Source: a virus
DNA: 64,000 nucleotides
Virus record (IMG/VR): IMGVR_UViG_3300013102_000007
Coordinates: 14,454 to 78,453 of that record
Reading direction: 5' to 3' (one strand)
This document shows positions 1 to 8,399 of this stretch, piece by piece. Position numbers and translations under genes: made by a program. How positions within the stretch are numbered: position 1 is the stretch's first letter; every line of letters starts with the position of its first letter. The notes under the pieces were generated by a model. That model made no database searches. It was not told the origin of the DNA and saw nothing but the letters and a program-made list of their open reading frames with translations.

Positions 1-467
1 CATGCGAAGGGTGTACGTACCCTGTATTTAGTCATCTTTATTGCCAAAGGCATCAATCTATGCGTACTGATGGTAAGTGGCTTAGATCGTTAGAGCGTAA
101 AGCTTCAACTATCATTAATCCGATTAGCAATAAACCTTCAAAATCAATCAAACGTACCTCAATAAAATCAAAGTTTCCTAAACCTACTGGTGAGTTACAG
201 CTATTCAAAGAAATTTGGGAAGAACGTAAGCACGTATCAGAAATTAGTGGTCAGCCTTTAGGAGAATTTAATGTGCACATGTTTAGTCACATTTTGACTA
301 AAGGAGCTTATAAAAAATTCAGACTTAGGAAAGATAATATTAAATTAGTTACTCCTGAAGAGCACGATCTGTGGGAATTTCACAGAGATAAGATAAAAGA
401 AAACCCAGCTTGGGGCTGGGTCTATACTCGTTATGAGGAATTAAGATATGAATATTACAATTCTTAG
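1..467 (+). CDS. NinG/HNH-like small phage protein, 5' end cut by the window edge
   Basis: The frame of ORF 60..467 stays open back to nt 3 (CEGCTYPVFSHLYCQRH lies before the first Met), so the gene starts left of the window. A CxxC..C zinc-ribbon remnant is followed by FKEIWEER..H and FSHIL.KG...R....NI.L, as in small phage HNH/NinG-like proteins. The inner Cys pair is replaced by HVSEISG. Confidence 0.45.
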   Translation, partial: CEGCTYPVFSHLYCQRHQSMRTDGKWLRSLERKASTIINPISNKPSKSIKRTSIKSKFPKPTGELQLFKEIWEERKHVSEISGQPLGEFNVHMFSHILTKGAYKKFRLRKDNIKLVTPEEHDLWEFHRDKIKENPAWGWVYTRYEELRYEYYNS

Positions 468-718
468 TAATCCCCTGAAGCTCCACTTCCTGAAAAGTCA
501 CCTCCACCAAAGTCTGTACTTCCTGAATCGCTTGAACTGCTACCAGAGTCATAATTGTCAGAGCTAGGTGCATCGTAACTAGAGTTATCAATTGGTGTCC
601 ATTCAATACCAGTTTTAAAAGTATCTTCAATAACTTTTTGAGTAAAACTTTTTCTACACTCGTGAGTGTGTTCATACATTGGAGGAATATATTCCCCACA
701 TAATTTACAATAATTCAT
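464..718 (-). CDS. small zinc-ribbon protein with Ser/Asp/Gly-rich acidic tail
   Basis: 84 aa. CKLC...HEC at the N-terminus and a C-terminal SSDNYDSGSSSSDSGSTDFGGGDFSGSGASGDY low-complexity tail. Last gene of the minus arm; its stop overlaps the stop of the convergent plus ORF. Confidence 0.6.
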   Translation of the reverse strand: MNYCKLCGEYIPPMYEHTHECRKSFTQKVIEDTFKTGIEWTPIDNSSYDAPSSDNYDSGSSSSDSGSTDFGGGDFSGSGASGDY

Positions 719-720
719 AA

Positions 721-975
721 TTATCTTTTTTCTATACCGTGAACTTCAAAACAGGCCACGCCTAATGTTACAACTTTTCTTAATTCATTTAAACCACCAG
801 CTGCACCTTTTTGTGTAGATATGGCTTCAATGGCTTTATTCATATAGTGCTGCATATATGTTATGAATGCTTCAACTTCATGGTAGTTATCATGATCTTT
901 ACCACCCCACTTAGCATCTTGGTAATCTCTTTCTGAGTCTATAGCTTCATAGACCTCTTTCCTTGTATTTCTCAT
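721..975 (-). CDS. MazG-like all-alpha NTP pyrophosphohydrolase-like protein
   Basis: The internal Met at 975 (MRNTRKEVY) abuts the upstream gene's stop at 977. The SERDYQDAKWGG..H..E motif is typical of phage MazG-like / dNTP pyrophosphohydrolase families. The longer ORF-track start at 1116 would overlap the neighbouring gene. Confidence 0.6.
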   Translation of the reverse strand: MRNTRKEVYEAIDSERDYQDAKWGGKDHDNYHEVEAFITYMQHYMNKAIEAISTQKGAAGGLNELRKVVTLGVACFEVHGIEKR

Positions 976-976
976 C

Positions 977-1204
977 TTATAACCCGTTAATTTTGTTATC
1001 AATCTCATACCAAATAGCACTAACACCAATACGATCTTCAGATGTAACTTTTGGTTTATTAGTACCTTCAGGCAAACCTTTTTCAAATTGTGAAGAGTTT
1101 TTATTAAATGCTGCATATAGCATTTCTAAATCTCTATATGATTCAACTACAATACTAATTGTAATTGGAATAAATTCCATATCTCTTTTTGATGTAACTT
1201 TCAT
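977..1204 (-). CDS. hypothetical protein
   Basis: 75-aa ORF, co-oriented and tightly packed. No recognisable motif. Confidence 0.55.
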   Translation of the reverse strand: MKVTSKRDMEFIPITISIVVESYRDLEMLYAAFNKNSSQFEKGLPEGTNKPKVTSEDRIGVSAIWYEIDNKINGL

Positions 1205-1252
1205 TTTAAACTAATAAGGTTAGCACCCATAAAGAATGCTAACCGATTAAAC

Positions 1253-2089
1253 TTATTTTTTCTCTCTCACAGCTTCATAAACAGCTTTAATTCTATCAAT
1301 AGGTTCAGCTGCAACAAATTCACCAACTGATACATAACGTAATTTTTCAACCTTTAACAAGTGTGCTAAAACTTTAGCTGCTCCAACTTTGTTTAAATAG
1401 TTTAAAAGAATTTTACGTTTATCTTCTTCAGTTTGTTCCACCTTATTTTCTGGCGCTTGTGTAGCTGGCACAGTTGGTTCATCAAAAGATGCATTTGGAG
1501 TAATACCAGCTGCCGGAGTACCTGTTAATGCTTTAGAAGCCTCTACCGATTTAGGTGGATTAGCTATACCTTGAGCAGTTTTCTTTAAAACTTCAGATTG
1601 AGCTTTAGCAGGATCAATAGTTGTCGTTTTAGCGGCAGGTGGCGTTGGTTTAGGTGGTAATTGTTGTTTAGGTTTACCTGTTTGTAAGCCTTTAAACACA
1701 TCAATACCAATTTCAAGGTAAGAGCAAATTTTAGTAAAGGCATCACTAGTAGCACCTTTATATGCATCACCTAAATCGAAATTTTTACTACTTTGACCAG
1801 AGTTGTCATTACCACCATAACTTTGTAATGTGATGTTGTAATCAGGAATGGTTAAAGTTGATTGTACAACTATCATTCCATCGGCACCTACACTAAGCAC
1901 TTCGCTAATTAAAGTCCATTTACCAATACCAAACACACTGTTTAAACGTTCTGCAACGTAAATAGGTTTAATACTGCTTAAAAATGTTTTGGTAGGGTGT
2001 TGAGTAACAGCTTCATCTGGAAGTGGTGCAGATAATTCTGCTCTTAATTGTTCTTGAGATTTTAATACTTTTTCTTCTTGATTTTCCAT
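1253..2089 (-). CDS. Rad52/Sak-type single-strand annealing protein
   Basis: N-terminal L..PLP.EAV..HPTK..LSSIKPIYVAERLNSVFGIGKW matches the Rad52/22 annealase signature. Pro/Ala/Thr-rich linker and C-terminal tail. Lies next to a YqaJ exonuclease. Confidence 0.8.
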   Translation of the reverse strand: MENQEEKVLKSQEQLRAELSAPLPDEAVTQHPTKTFLSSIKPIYVAERLNSVFGIGKWTLISEVLSVGADGMIVVQSTLTIPDYNITLQSYGGNDNSGQSSKNFDLGDAYKGATSDAFTKICSYLEIGIDVFKGLQTGKPKQQLPPKPTPPAAKTTTIDPAKAQSEVLKKTAQGIANPPKSVEASKALTGTPAAGITPNASFDEPTVPATQAPENKVEQTEEDKRKILLNYLNKVGAAKVLAHLLKVEKLRYVSVGEFVAAEPIDRIKAVYEAVREKK

Positions 2090-2092
2090 TTT

Positions 2093-2575
2093 TTATTCTT
2101 TTATTTTTGTGTAAGTAAATGTTGCTGTAGCTGGCCAAAAACCATTAACTAGTTCTTCTTTAACGTCTATTACTAACTTTGGCATATATTCATCAGGATC
2201 AGCATCTTCAGGAAATCCTAAAAATAAAGTATTACCATCAGCAGTTGTTAAAGATTGCATAGCTTCGTTAAAGCTTTTATAGTCTTTAGTAAATGTAATA
2301 ATAACATTTCCGTTTAAAATGTTTTCTAATTCTTTTAGAGAAATTTCAGTTTTTCCTTCTAAACAACTTTCTTCAAAAGTCCTAACCCATAATGACCAAT
2401 CTGAATCCTCAAGTTCAATATCAAAATATAATTTATCACCACCACTTAATCTAGCATTAGATAAACTATCAGCTGACACACAGAATATGGGTTCTTTAGC
2501 TTCAGTTAAAATTTTATAAGCCTCTATACATTTTTCAGGTGTATCAACCTGTACATAAATTTCTTCTTTTTTCAT
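2093..2575 (-). CDS. hypothetical protein with MKKEEIYV...KTEIS.KELE.IL paralog domain
   Basis: 160 aa. The N-terminal ~85 aa are paralogous to 6125..6703 (N-terminus) and to 48723..48974. Confidence 0.7.
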   Translation of the reverse strand: MKKEEIYVQVDTPEKCIEAYKILTEAKEPIFCVSADSLSNARLSGGDKLYFDIELEDSDWSLWVRTFEESCLEGKTEISLKELENILNGNVIITFTKDYKSFNEAMQSLTTADGNTLFLGFPEDADPDEYMPKLVIDVKEELVNGFWPATATFTYTKIKE

Positions 2576-2628
2576 GTTTTTTTTTATTTATACTACGAAT
2601 ATACAGTTAAATTAATTACTGTGCAAAT

Positions 2629-3699
2629 TTATTTTATTTGAAAGTAAGCTTTTTTAAATTGAGTAGCTCTTCTATTAGTCATACTATTAGTTGTACCTTT
2701 AATACCTTCAAATGATCCACAAGATTCAAGTAATTTAACGCGACAAAGTGTTTTGTATTCCTCGATCTTGTTAGCTAATTTAATGCATTTTAAATACTGA
2801 GCCATATTAAAATCATCATTTTCATCAGCAACTTTAATATTTACATCTGAGTCAATTGGTTCAGCATAAATTTCCTGCATCAACTCTAAATTATCTTCAG
2901 TACCAACTGGTTCCGGTGTAACAGACTCAAGTATCGCATAAAACGCTTGTGCTGTTTCAATATCTCCTTCAGCTTCAGCCTCTTTCATACCTTTTAAAGC
3001 CATTTTACCAACCTTAACCTTCTCAGCAAATTCATTAACCTGTCTAAGAATCTCCTTTTGCATTTCAGGATCAGCATCAATTTCTTTTATTTTAAAATTA
3101 ACACCATCAATCATTACAAGTAATAAAGCTTTGTCAACATTAGCAATCAACATTTGATATTGAATTTGCTCCATATATTGACGAGCACAACCATTAGTCC
3201 ATTTAATGTAATATTGCTTATTGGTATGCTTCAATTCGATAGGCATATTTTTAGGATACAATTCACCTGTTATTGGAGAATAAGTTACACCTTTAGTGGT
3301 ATAATCCAAAGATACAAACGAATTTGGATAAGCATCATTAACTAAAAAATAGTTAGCTTTAGATGCTTTCCTAACACTTACACCATTCAAACTATTATTT
3401 AAAGATTCTTGCTCATCATTGTGTACATAAGCTTCATATCTTTTAATCGTAGTAGGCTCATTTAAGTGTCCGGCCAAGGTAGTTTCTGTTATAAAGAAAC
3501 TATGATGATAATTTATCAAATGATAAAAAAGTCTCTGTTTTGACTTCCAAGGATTACTACCAGTAATAACTGAAACATCACTAGCACCAATTCTGACAAT
3601 TTCATCATCATTAATGCCCTCCATTTCTGATCGCATGGCAGCCCAAGCATTCATATCTGCTCCTTTGCCCCACACTATTTTTCTTGGTTTATTTTTCAT
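2629..3699 (-). CDS. YqaJ-like (lambda Exo fold) recombination exonuclease
   Basis: IGASDVSVITGSNPWKSKQRLFY, G.LNEP, SLDY and PIELKH form the YqaJ / PD-(D/E)XK motif series. Partners the Rad52-type annealase downstream. Confidence 0.8.
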   Translation of the reverse strand: MKNKPRKIVWGKGADMNAWAAMRSEMEGINDDEIVRIGASDVSVITGSNPWKSKQRLFYHLINYHHSFFITETTLAGHLNEPTTIKRYEAYVHNDEQESLNNSLNGVSVRKASKANYFLVNDAYPNSFVSLDYTTKGVTYSPITGELYPKNMPIELKHTNKQYYIKWTNGCARQYMEQIQYQMLIANVDKALLLVMIDGVNFKIKEIDADPEMQKEILRQVNEFAEKVKVGKMALKGMKEAEAEGDIETAQAFYAILESVTPEPVGTEDNLELMQEIYAEPIDSDVNIKVADENDDFNMAQYLKCIKLANKIEEYKTLCRVKLLESCGSFEGIKGTTNSMTNRRATQFKKAYFQIK

Positions 3700-4189
3700 G
3701 TTTAAAATTTAAGTTTGCAAATTCTTTAAAATGTTTTTTAGCAAATTTATCATACGCTTTAGCTGCTTCATGTTCTGTACTGTAATAACCTATATGCATA
3801 ACTTTACCTTCTATAGTTATTCTAGCTCTCCACGGTTTAGTTACTTTGCCACTGGCAAAAACTACCCCTTTGTAAGTTGAAGTTGATTTGCTTATTCTAG
3901 CTTTAATTTTGTTCCTTGAGTTTTGCATATGATTACAAATTCGAATATTACTTCTTCTGTTATCTAATCCATTTGCATTTTCATGATCCACAATAAGATT
4001 TTTGTCATAAATATCTAATATAAATCTGCTTAAACGAATATTTTTTCCTTTAATTTTAGAAGTTGCATACCAACTCCTATTCTTATCAGGCTTAATGGCA
4101 CACCACTTATGTTGTGATACTTTGTCATAATCTTTTTTATCAATCAAAGCAACCTTACCCTGAGTTAATTTTATTTCAACTGTTTCCAT
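3689..4189 (-). CDS. HNH homing endonuclease with AP2 DNA-binding domain
   Basis: VDHENANGLDNRRSNIRICNHMQN is an HNH_3 motif. YKGV...KPWRARI...G....IGYY.T..EAA.AYD is an AP2 motif. It overlaps both neighbours: 11 nt at 3689..3699 and 1 nt at 4189. Confidence 0.85.
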   Translation of the reverse strand: METVEIKLTQGKVALIDKKDYDKVSQHKWCAIKPDKNRSWYATSKIKGKNIRLSRFILDIYDKNLIVDHENANGLDNRRSNIRICNHMQNSRNKIKARISKSTSTYKGVVFASGKVTKPWRARITIEGKVMHIGYYSTEHEAAKAYDKFAKKHFKEFANLNFKHEK

Positions 4190-5232
4190 TATACGAATAT
4201 ATTTGTACTATCATCATCCCAATTGTAATTAGGCTGAATAGCACTTGACGTGCTAGTATTTTGAGCTTCGTATTCTCCACAATAATACTTTATACCTCCT
4301 ATAATTTCATAGAACTTCTGAGCAGGTACGTCATAGTACAATCTAAAGGCTCCTGTGTCTCCGGCACCAAATACTTTATTTTTTTGAACTAAAAAATCTG
4401 TAGCATTGGCTGGATAGGGGGTGCCAACTGATCTTTCCATAACACCTTCAGGACAGCGCCACAATCCAAACATAGTTTGAGCAGTCCTCCAAACATTCAT
4501 ACCATTAGCAATCTTAGACGGATGTGGTTTACCCATATACTCAACACCTGTATCTTTGTCAGTAATTAAATCTTCTCCTTGCAAGTGCATACATATCTGA
4601 ATATGCATATTCATAGAATCAGCTACATGATTTATATAATAAAGGTTTTCTAAAATATAATCAGCAATTTGCTTTTTTCTTTCTTCATCATCTTTGGCCA
4701 CCATGTTGTGAGGGTCAATCAATAAAATATCAATTGGTTCACCATACTCTTTGGCTGCTCTAAATATTTGTGAAAACATTTCTTCAGTAGTAAATCTAAT
4801 TTTATCTTTACCAACAACTTTAGGCGCTAAAAGAATAAAATGTTTATCAATAAAAGCTAATGCTTCCATCCACTCTTCATCTGTAGCTTCTTGTTTAAAT
4901 GCACCATGAAGCTTTTTACCAAGATATACCTGAACTAAATAAGATACTAAATAATTTCTACCTCCGGCTTCTGGTGAGTAAATAGCAAACACAGCACCAT
5001 ATTTACGGGCTATATACATATAAATGTCAAATACAAAAGATGTTTTACCCATAAAAGGGTGGCTGTAGAGAAAACTTGTGAATCCTTTTTTAAGTGAAAG
5101 ATACGGTTTAGCTGACTCAAATCCTATATCATAACCACCTTCGAAAACTATATTTCTACTTTCAAGTACTTCATTCTGAAATTCGGACACTCTGTAGTAT
5201 GATTTAGGTGTAAGTTCTTTCTTTTTTTCCAT
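4189..5232 (-). CDS. DnaB/T7 gp4-like RecA-fold replicative helicase
   Basis: Walker A HPFMGKTSF and Walker B DILLIDPHNM, with the downstream layout of a DnaB C-terminal domain. No primase domain is fused. Confidence 0.7.
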   Translation of the reverse strand: MEKKKELTPKSYYRVSEFQNEVLESRNIVFEGGYDIGFESAKPYLSLKKGFTSFLYSHPFMGKTSFVFDIYMYIARKYGAVFAIYSPEAGGRNYLVSYLVQVYLGKKLHGAFKQEATDEEWMEALAFIDKHFILLAPKVVGKDKIRFTTEEMFSQIFRAAKEYGEPIDILLIDPHNMVAKDDEERKKQIADYILENLYYINHVADSMNMHIQICMHLQGEDLITDKDTGVEYMGKPHPSKIANGMNVWRTAQTMFGLWRCPEGVMERSVGTPYPANATDFLVQKNKVFGAGDTGAFRLYYDVPAQKFYEIIGGIKYYCGEYEAQNTSTSSAIQPNYNWDDDSTNIFV

Positions 5233-5233
5233 A

Positions 5234-5611
5234 CTATTTTAATGGATTTATAGCACCCATAACGTTTTTAAACTTATTAATTTGATTTTTTTGTGCAAAC
5301 TGTGTATTTAGTCTTGCAAAGGTTGCTAATCTACCACCTATCTTAAAAACTTTTTCCTCTTGAAACTTAAACTTTCCAGTTGGTTCAAGCCTAGTCCAAA
5401 CACTCAAAAAAGCATTCAACATTTCATTCGTGTATTTATTTTTAGCTTTAAAGTTCCAAGCATAAACATCCCTTCTAAATTTTTCAAAAATTTCTTTACG
5501 ATCAGCTAAAGCCTTATCTTTAAACAAAGCAATCACTTGTTGCGTTGCATCACCTATATTTAACTTATTTAACGAAAAAGCTAAAAAAATTGAATTGATT
5601 TTCTCTTCCAT
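5234..5611 (-). CDS. hypothetical protein
   Basis: 125-aa co-oriented ORF lying 1 nt from the helicase start. Confidence 0.6.
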   Translation of the reverse strand: MEEKINSIFLAFSLNKLNIGDATQQVIALFKDKALADRKEIFEKFRRDVYAWNFKAKNKYTNEMLNAFLSVWTRLEPTGKFKFQEEKVFKIGGRLATFARLNTQFAQKNQINKFKNVMGAINPLK

Positions 5612-5614
5612 AGT

Positions 5615-5701
5615 TTAAAGAATTTTAGTTAATTTTAAAAATCCGTAACCAACAACTAACACATAGATTAGCAATCCTAAAATTTGCAATTGAGCCTCCA
5701 T
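5615..5701 (-). CDS. possible 28-aa hydrophobic mini-protein
   Basis: Found by hand translation: MEAQLQILGLLIYVLVVGYGFLKLTKIL. It exactly fills the 5612..5703 gap and has one predicted TM helix. Below the ORF-track cutoff. Confidence 0.3.
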   Translation of the reverse strand: MEAQLQILGLLIYVLVVGYGFLKLTKIL

Positions 5702-5703
5702 AA

Positions 5704-6123
5704 TTATTGATGATTAATATATAAATTCTCAGGATTAAAATACATCACACAAGATGGATAATAATCATTAGTATTATCAGTACCAATTTCCATTATTACT
5801 TTACCAGTTAGTATGTCTGTAAAAATGTAAATATCACACCTTCTATTCCATCCATCATCTTCCTCTTCGTACCTATCTTTATGTGTAATATCAACTTCAT
5901 GTGGCGCAAATGTATTTTTTAACTTCACTTTATCACTAACTTCTACTATATCACCAGAGTATGATCTATAACCGTCACTTGGGTCTTCAATAGCCATATA
6001 AGTTTTACCATCAAGAACAAATGATATTGATTCAGCATCCCTATCCCAATAATCATCTTCAGATTTGGGTACAACACCCATTTCAACACCAGATAATATG
6101 TGTCTACCTAATAAATTTTTCAT
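5704..6123 (-). CDS. hypothetical protein
   Basis: 139-aa ORF containing an AIEDPSDGYRS motif. Family not recognised. Confidence 0.6.
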   Translation of the reverse strand: MKNLLGRHILSGVEMGVVPKSEDDYWDRDAESISFVLDGKTYMAIEDPSDGYRSYSGDIVEVSDKVKLKNTFAPHEVDITHKDRYEEEDDGWNRRCDIYIFTDILTGKVIMEIGTDNTNDYYPSCVMYFNPENLYINHQ

Positions 6124-6124
6124 A

Positions 6125-6703
6125 TTATTTTGTTTTTAATTTATTGTAAAAATGATCAATTGCTACACCATCACGTTGTTGATTTTGCATTACAAGCTGA
6201 AGACCAAAAATAATGGCCGAAGCGTGATCTTCAGACTTGTCCCCAGCTTCTAATGATGCTAAGTGACGATGAATACTTTCAAAGCTTGACTTGTCAGGTT
6301 GACCCAATTCAAAGTTACCTTCACCATATTTTTCAGCACCAAGCAACATGTGATAACCAAAACGTTGTCGTGTATATGGTAATAAATCAGCTACACGAGG
6401 TTTACCTACATTACTATCTCTTACAGAGCCTGTTTCGAAAGAACGTTGAGTTGATTTTGTTATTTTTTCACTAACACCAAGTATCTCAGCCAACTCTTCA
6501 ATTGAAACTTCTTTTAATGATAATCTAGGCTTATAACTCCAATCTTTACTATAGGCTACAGAGAATCCAGATGAACCATAAGGTTCACCTCTAAATATAC
6601 AGCTACTAGGCCATATTGATTCACCAGATTGTTTTAAGATAGATACAACTCTTTCACAATCTTCTTTAGTTTTAGGGGCTACATAAATTTCTTCTTTTTT
6701 CAT
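6125..6703 (-). CDS. fusion of the MKKEEIYV paralog domain to a DUF5664-type dATP/dGTP pyrophosphohydrolase-like domain
   Basis: The N-terminal ~75 aa are paralogous to 2093..2575 and 48723..48974. The C-terminus GKPRVADLLP...GAEKYGEGNFELG.P..S...S..RHL.....D.SEDHA is the MazG-related DUF5664 pattern. Confidence 0.65.
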   Translation of the reverse strand: MKKEEIYVAPKTKEDCERVVSILKQSGESIWPSSCIFRGEPYGSSGFSVAYSKDWSYKPRLSLKEVSIEELAEILGVSEKITKSTQRSFETGSVRDSNVGKPRVADLLPYTRQRFGYHMLLGAEKYGEGNFELGQPDKSSFESIHRHLASLEAGDKSEDHASAIIFGLQLVMQNQQRDGVAIDHFYNKLKTK

Positions 6704-6738
6704 ATTTTAATCTTTAATGTCCAAATATATAATTATTT

Positions 6739-8340
6739 CTAATACAACGTAGTATATTTACCTTTTATGATGTTAATGTGACTGATTTTACCATTAGGAT
6801 ACATAAGAATATTAGTATTCATCCAAGAGGTAGCACCATTATTGTACCCCACACGTATTTCAGTCAATGTACCTACAGAGGCATGACCCTCAACCCTAAT
6901 AGGTGAGTGAGTGTGTCCGGTTATGGTTTTAGTATTTAAGTTTTTAAACTGAATAGCTGTACCCCTAGAACCATTAGCGCCTAAGTGACCATGTATACCA
7001 GTTTCCCAACCTAAAATTCTGTGTGAATCGTTAATACCTAAAGCTTTTACATTTTTACAACGATCTTCAAGAACATAAGGAATCACTCCTTTTGGCGCGA
7101 CACCAGTAGCAGTGGCCATAGCAAAGAATAAAAATGCTTCACGATTAGGATTTTTTCTCCAATCAACATTAATAAGCCACCTATCAAGAAAGTCATCGTG
7201 ATTTGAACGTACTGCTATAAAGTTTAAATTCTTATGCTCGTTAAAGAACTGAACTATGTTTTCAATTTCATTCATTAAATTGCCAGTACCATTACGTTCA
7301 TTTTCAAGTTGAAGAAATGGATTGTTTATTTCATGGTGAGAGACACTTTTCCCATCAAAAATATCGTGCACAATAACTTCCTTAACATTAAAATCTTCAG
7401 CCATATCTACAGATACTTGTAGTGCACGTTCATTGTGGTGTCCGTAGTGAACATCGCCCCAAACAATAGCAGGGCACTGTGCTTCATAAGACACAACAAA
7501 ACCATCAGCTACATGACTTTTAAGGTCATAAAAACTACCATCTTCTGTAGCCTGTATCTGTCTTACGTGAAATATATCTCCATCTAGTTCAACTATCACA
7601 AAACCGAATTGATGATTAAAAGCACCTTTCGCTCCGGCTTTAGTGTCGGTGTAGTTTGGATAAGTTAAGGCACCAGTAGTTAGTAGTAATTTATTAGGAT
7701 AACCATCCAGTACAGGTAAAGAGGCCATGTGTACAGCTGGGTGTCCAATAATACAACTTTCTAAAGAGCTTAGACCATTTAAACCACTTAGCGGTGTTGA
7801 TGCTGTAGGTTGTATTTTAAGATCAGCAAATATAGATAGATATTGGTGAATGTTTTGACGGTTAGCATCTAAATAAGGTTCAACAGAAGTGTCCCAAAAA
7901 CTTTTATTTCTTTCTTTATTCTCCTGTTTTTCTGAAGCTTCTAAAGATGTAGGGTTTTTGTAACGGCCAGCTATAACGTGTATCTCTGCATCTATAGCTT
8001 CAGCATAAGCTTCGATATTATTTAAAAAATCTTGGTTAACTGGTGTTTCAGCTTGTGCCCAAGTAATAATGAAACGTTTTTTGGATGGATCAAACTCGCG
8101 TTTTTGAGCAGCTTTAAAAACCGGATTGTCTTCGAGTTTTACGGTGTTATTAGTTATTTCAGCTTTTTGTAAAATATGTCTGTAGTGTCTTCCTACAGTT
8201 TCTCTATACTGCAAGTCAAAGTGGTTACACATTTCACGTGCAGCCACCGTAACTTCAGAGCCTTTTTTAACTAAATCAATGACGAATTGGATATTCGCCT
8301 TTTTATAGTAGGGATTCCTACTTTCTGATTTTTTGCCCAT
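6739..8340 (-). CDS. large calcineurin-like metallophosphoesterase with N-terminal HTH-like region
   Basis: Motif series WGDVHYGHH, VHDIFDG, RSNHDD, GIHGHLG, GHTHSP. The ~130-aa N-terminal region resembles a DNA-binding domain. It has its own upstream promoter-like box. Confidence 0.75.
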   Translation of the reverse strand: MGKKSESRNPYYKKANIQFVIDLVKKGSEVTVAAREMCNHFDLQYRETVGRHYRHILQKAEITNNTVKLEDNPVFKAAQKREFDPSKKRFIITWAQAETPVNQDFLNNIEAYAEAIDAEIHVIAGRYKNPTSLEASEKQENKERNKSFWDTSVEPYLDANRQNIHQYLSIFADLKIQPTASTPLSGLNGLSSLESCIIGHPAVHMASLPVLDGYPNKLLLTTGALTYPNYTDTKAGAKGAFNHQFGFVIVELDGDIFHVRQIQATEDGSFYDLKSHVADGFVVSYEAQCPAIVWGDVHYGHHNERALQVSVDMAEDFNVKEVIVHDIFDGKSVSHHEINNPFLQLENERNGTGNLMNEIENIVQFFNEHKNLNFIAVRSNHDDFLDRWLINVDWRKNPNREAFLFFAMATATGVAPKGVIPYVLEDRCKNVKALGINDSHRILGWETGIHGHLGANGSRGTAIQFKNLNTKTITGHTHSPIRVEGHASVGTLTEIRVGYNNGATSWMNTNILMYPNGKISHINIIKGKYTTLY

Positions 8341-8359
8341 AATAAAATTTTACTTTGGG

Positions 8360-8392
8360 CAAATATACTAAAATTAATTAATACTAAACAAA
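8360..8392 (-). promoter_or_regulatory. Bacteroidota-type promoter upstream of the metallophosphoesterase/recombination block
   Basis: Minus strand: TTTG (8392..8389), a 21-nt spacer, then TATATTTG (8367..8360), 20 nt before the ATG at 8340. Confidence 0.5.
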
Positions 8393-8399
8393 TTAAATA

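Noticed and set aside
6125-6703. Z-genome (2-aminoadenine) pathway, suggested by the DUF5664/MazG-like dATP/dGTP pyrophosphohydrolase
   Set aside because: No PurZ (adenylosuccinate-synthetase-like) or HD-domain DatZ homolog is visible in the window. MazG-like genes alone are not diagnostic.
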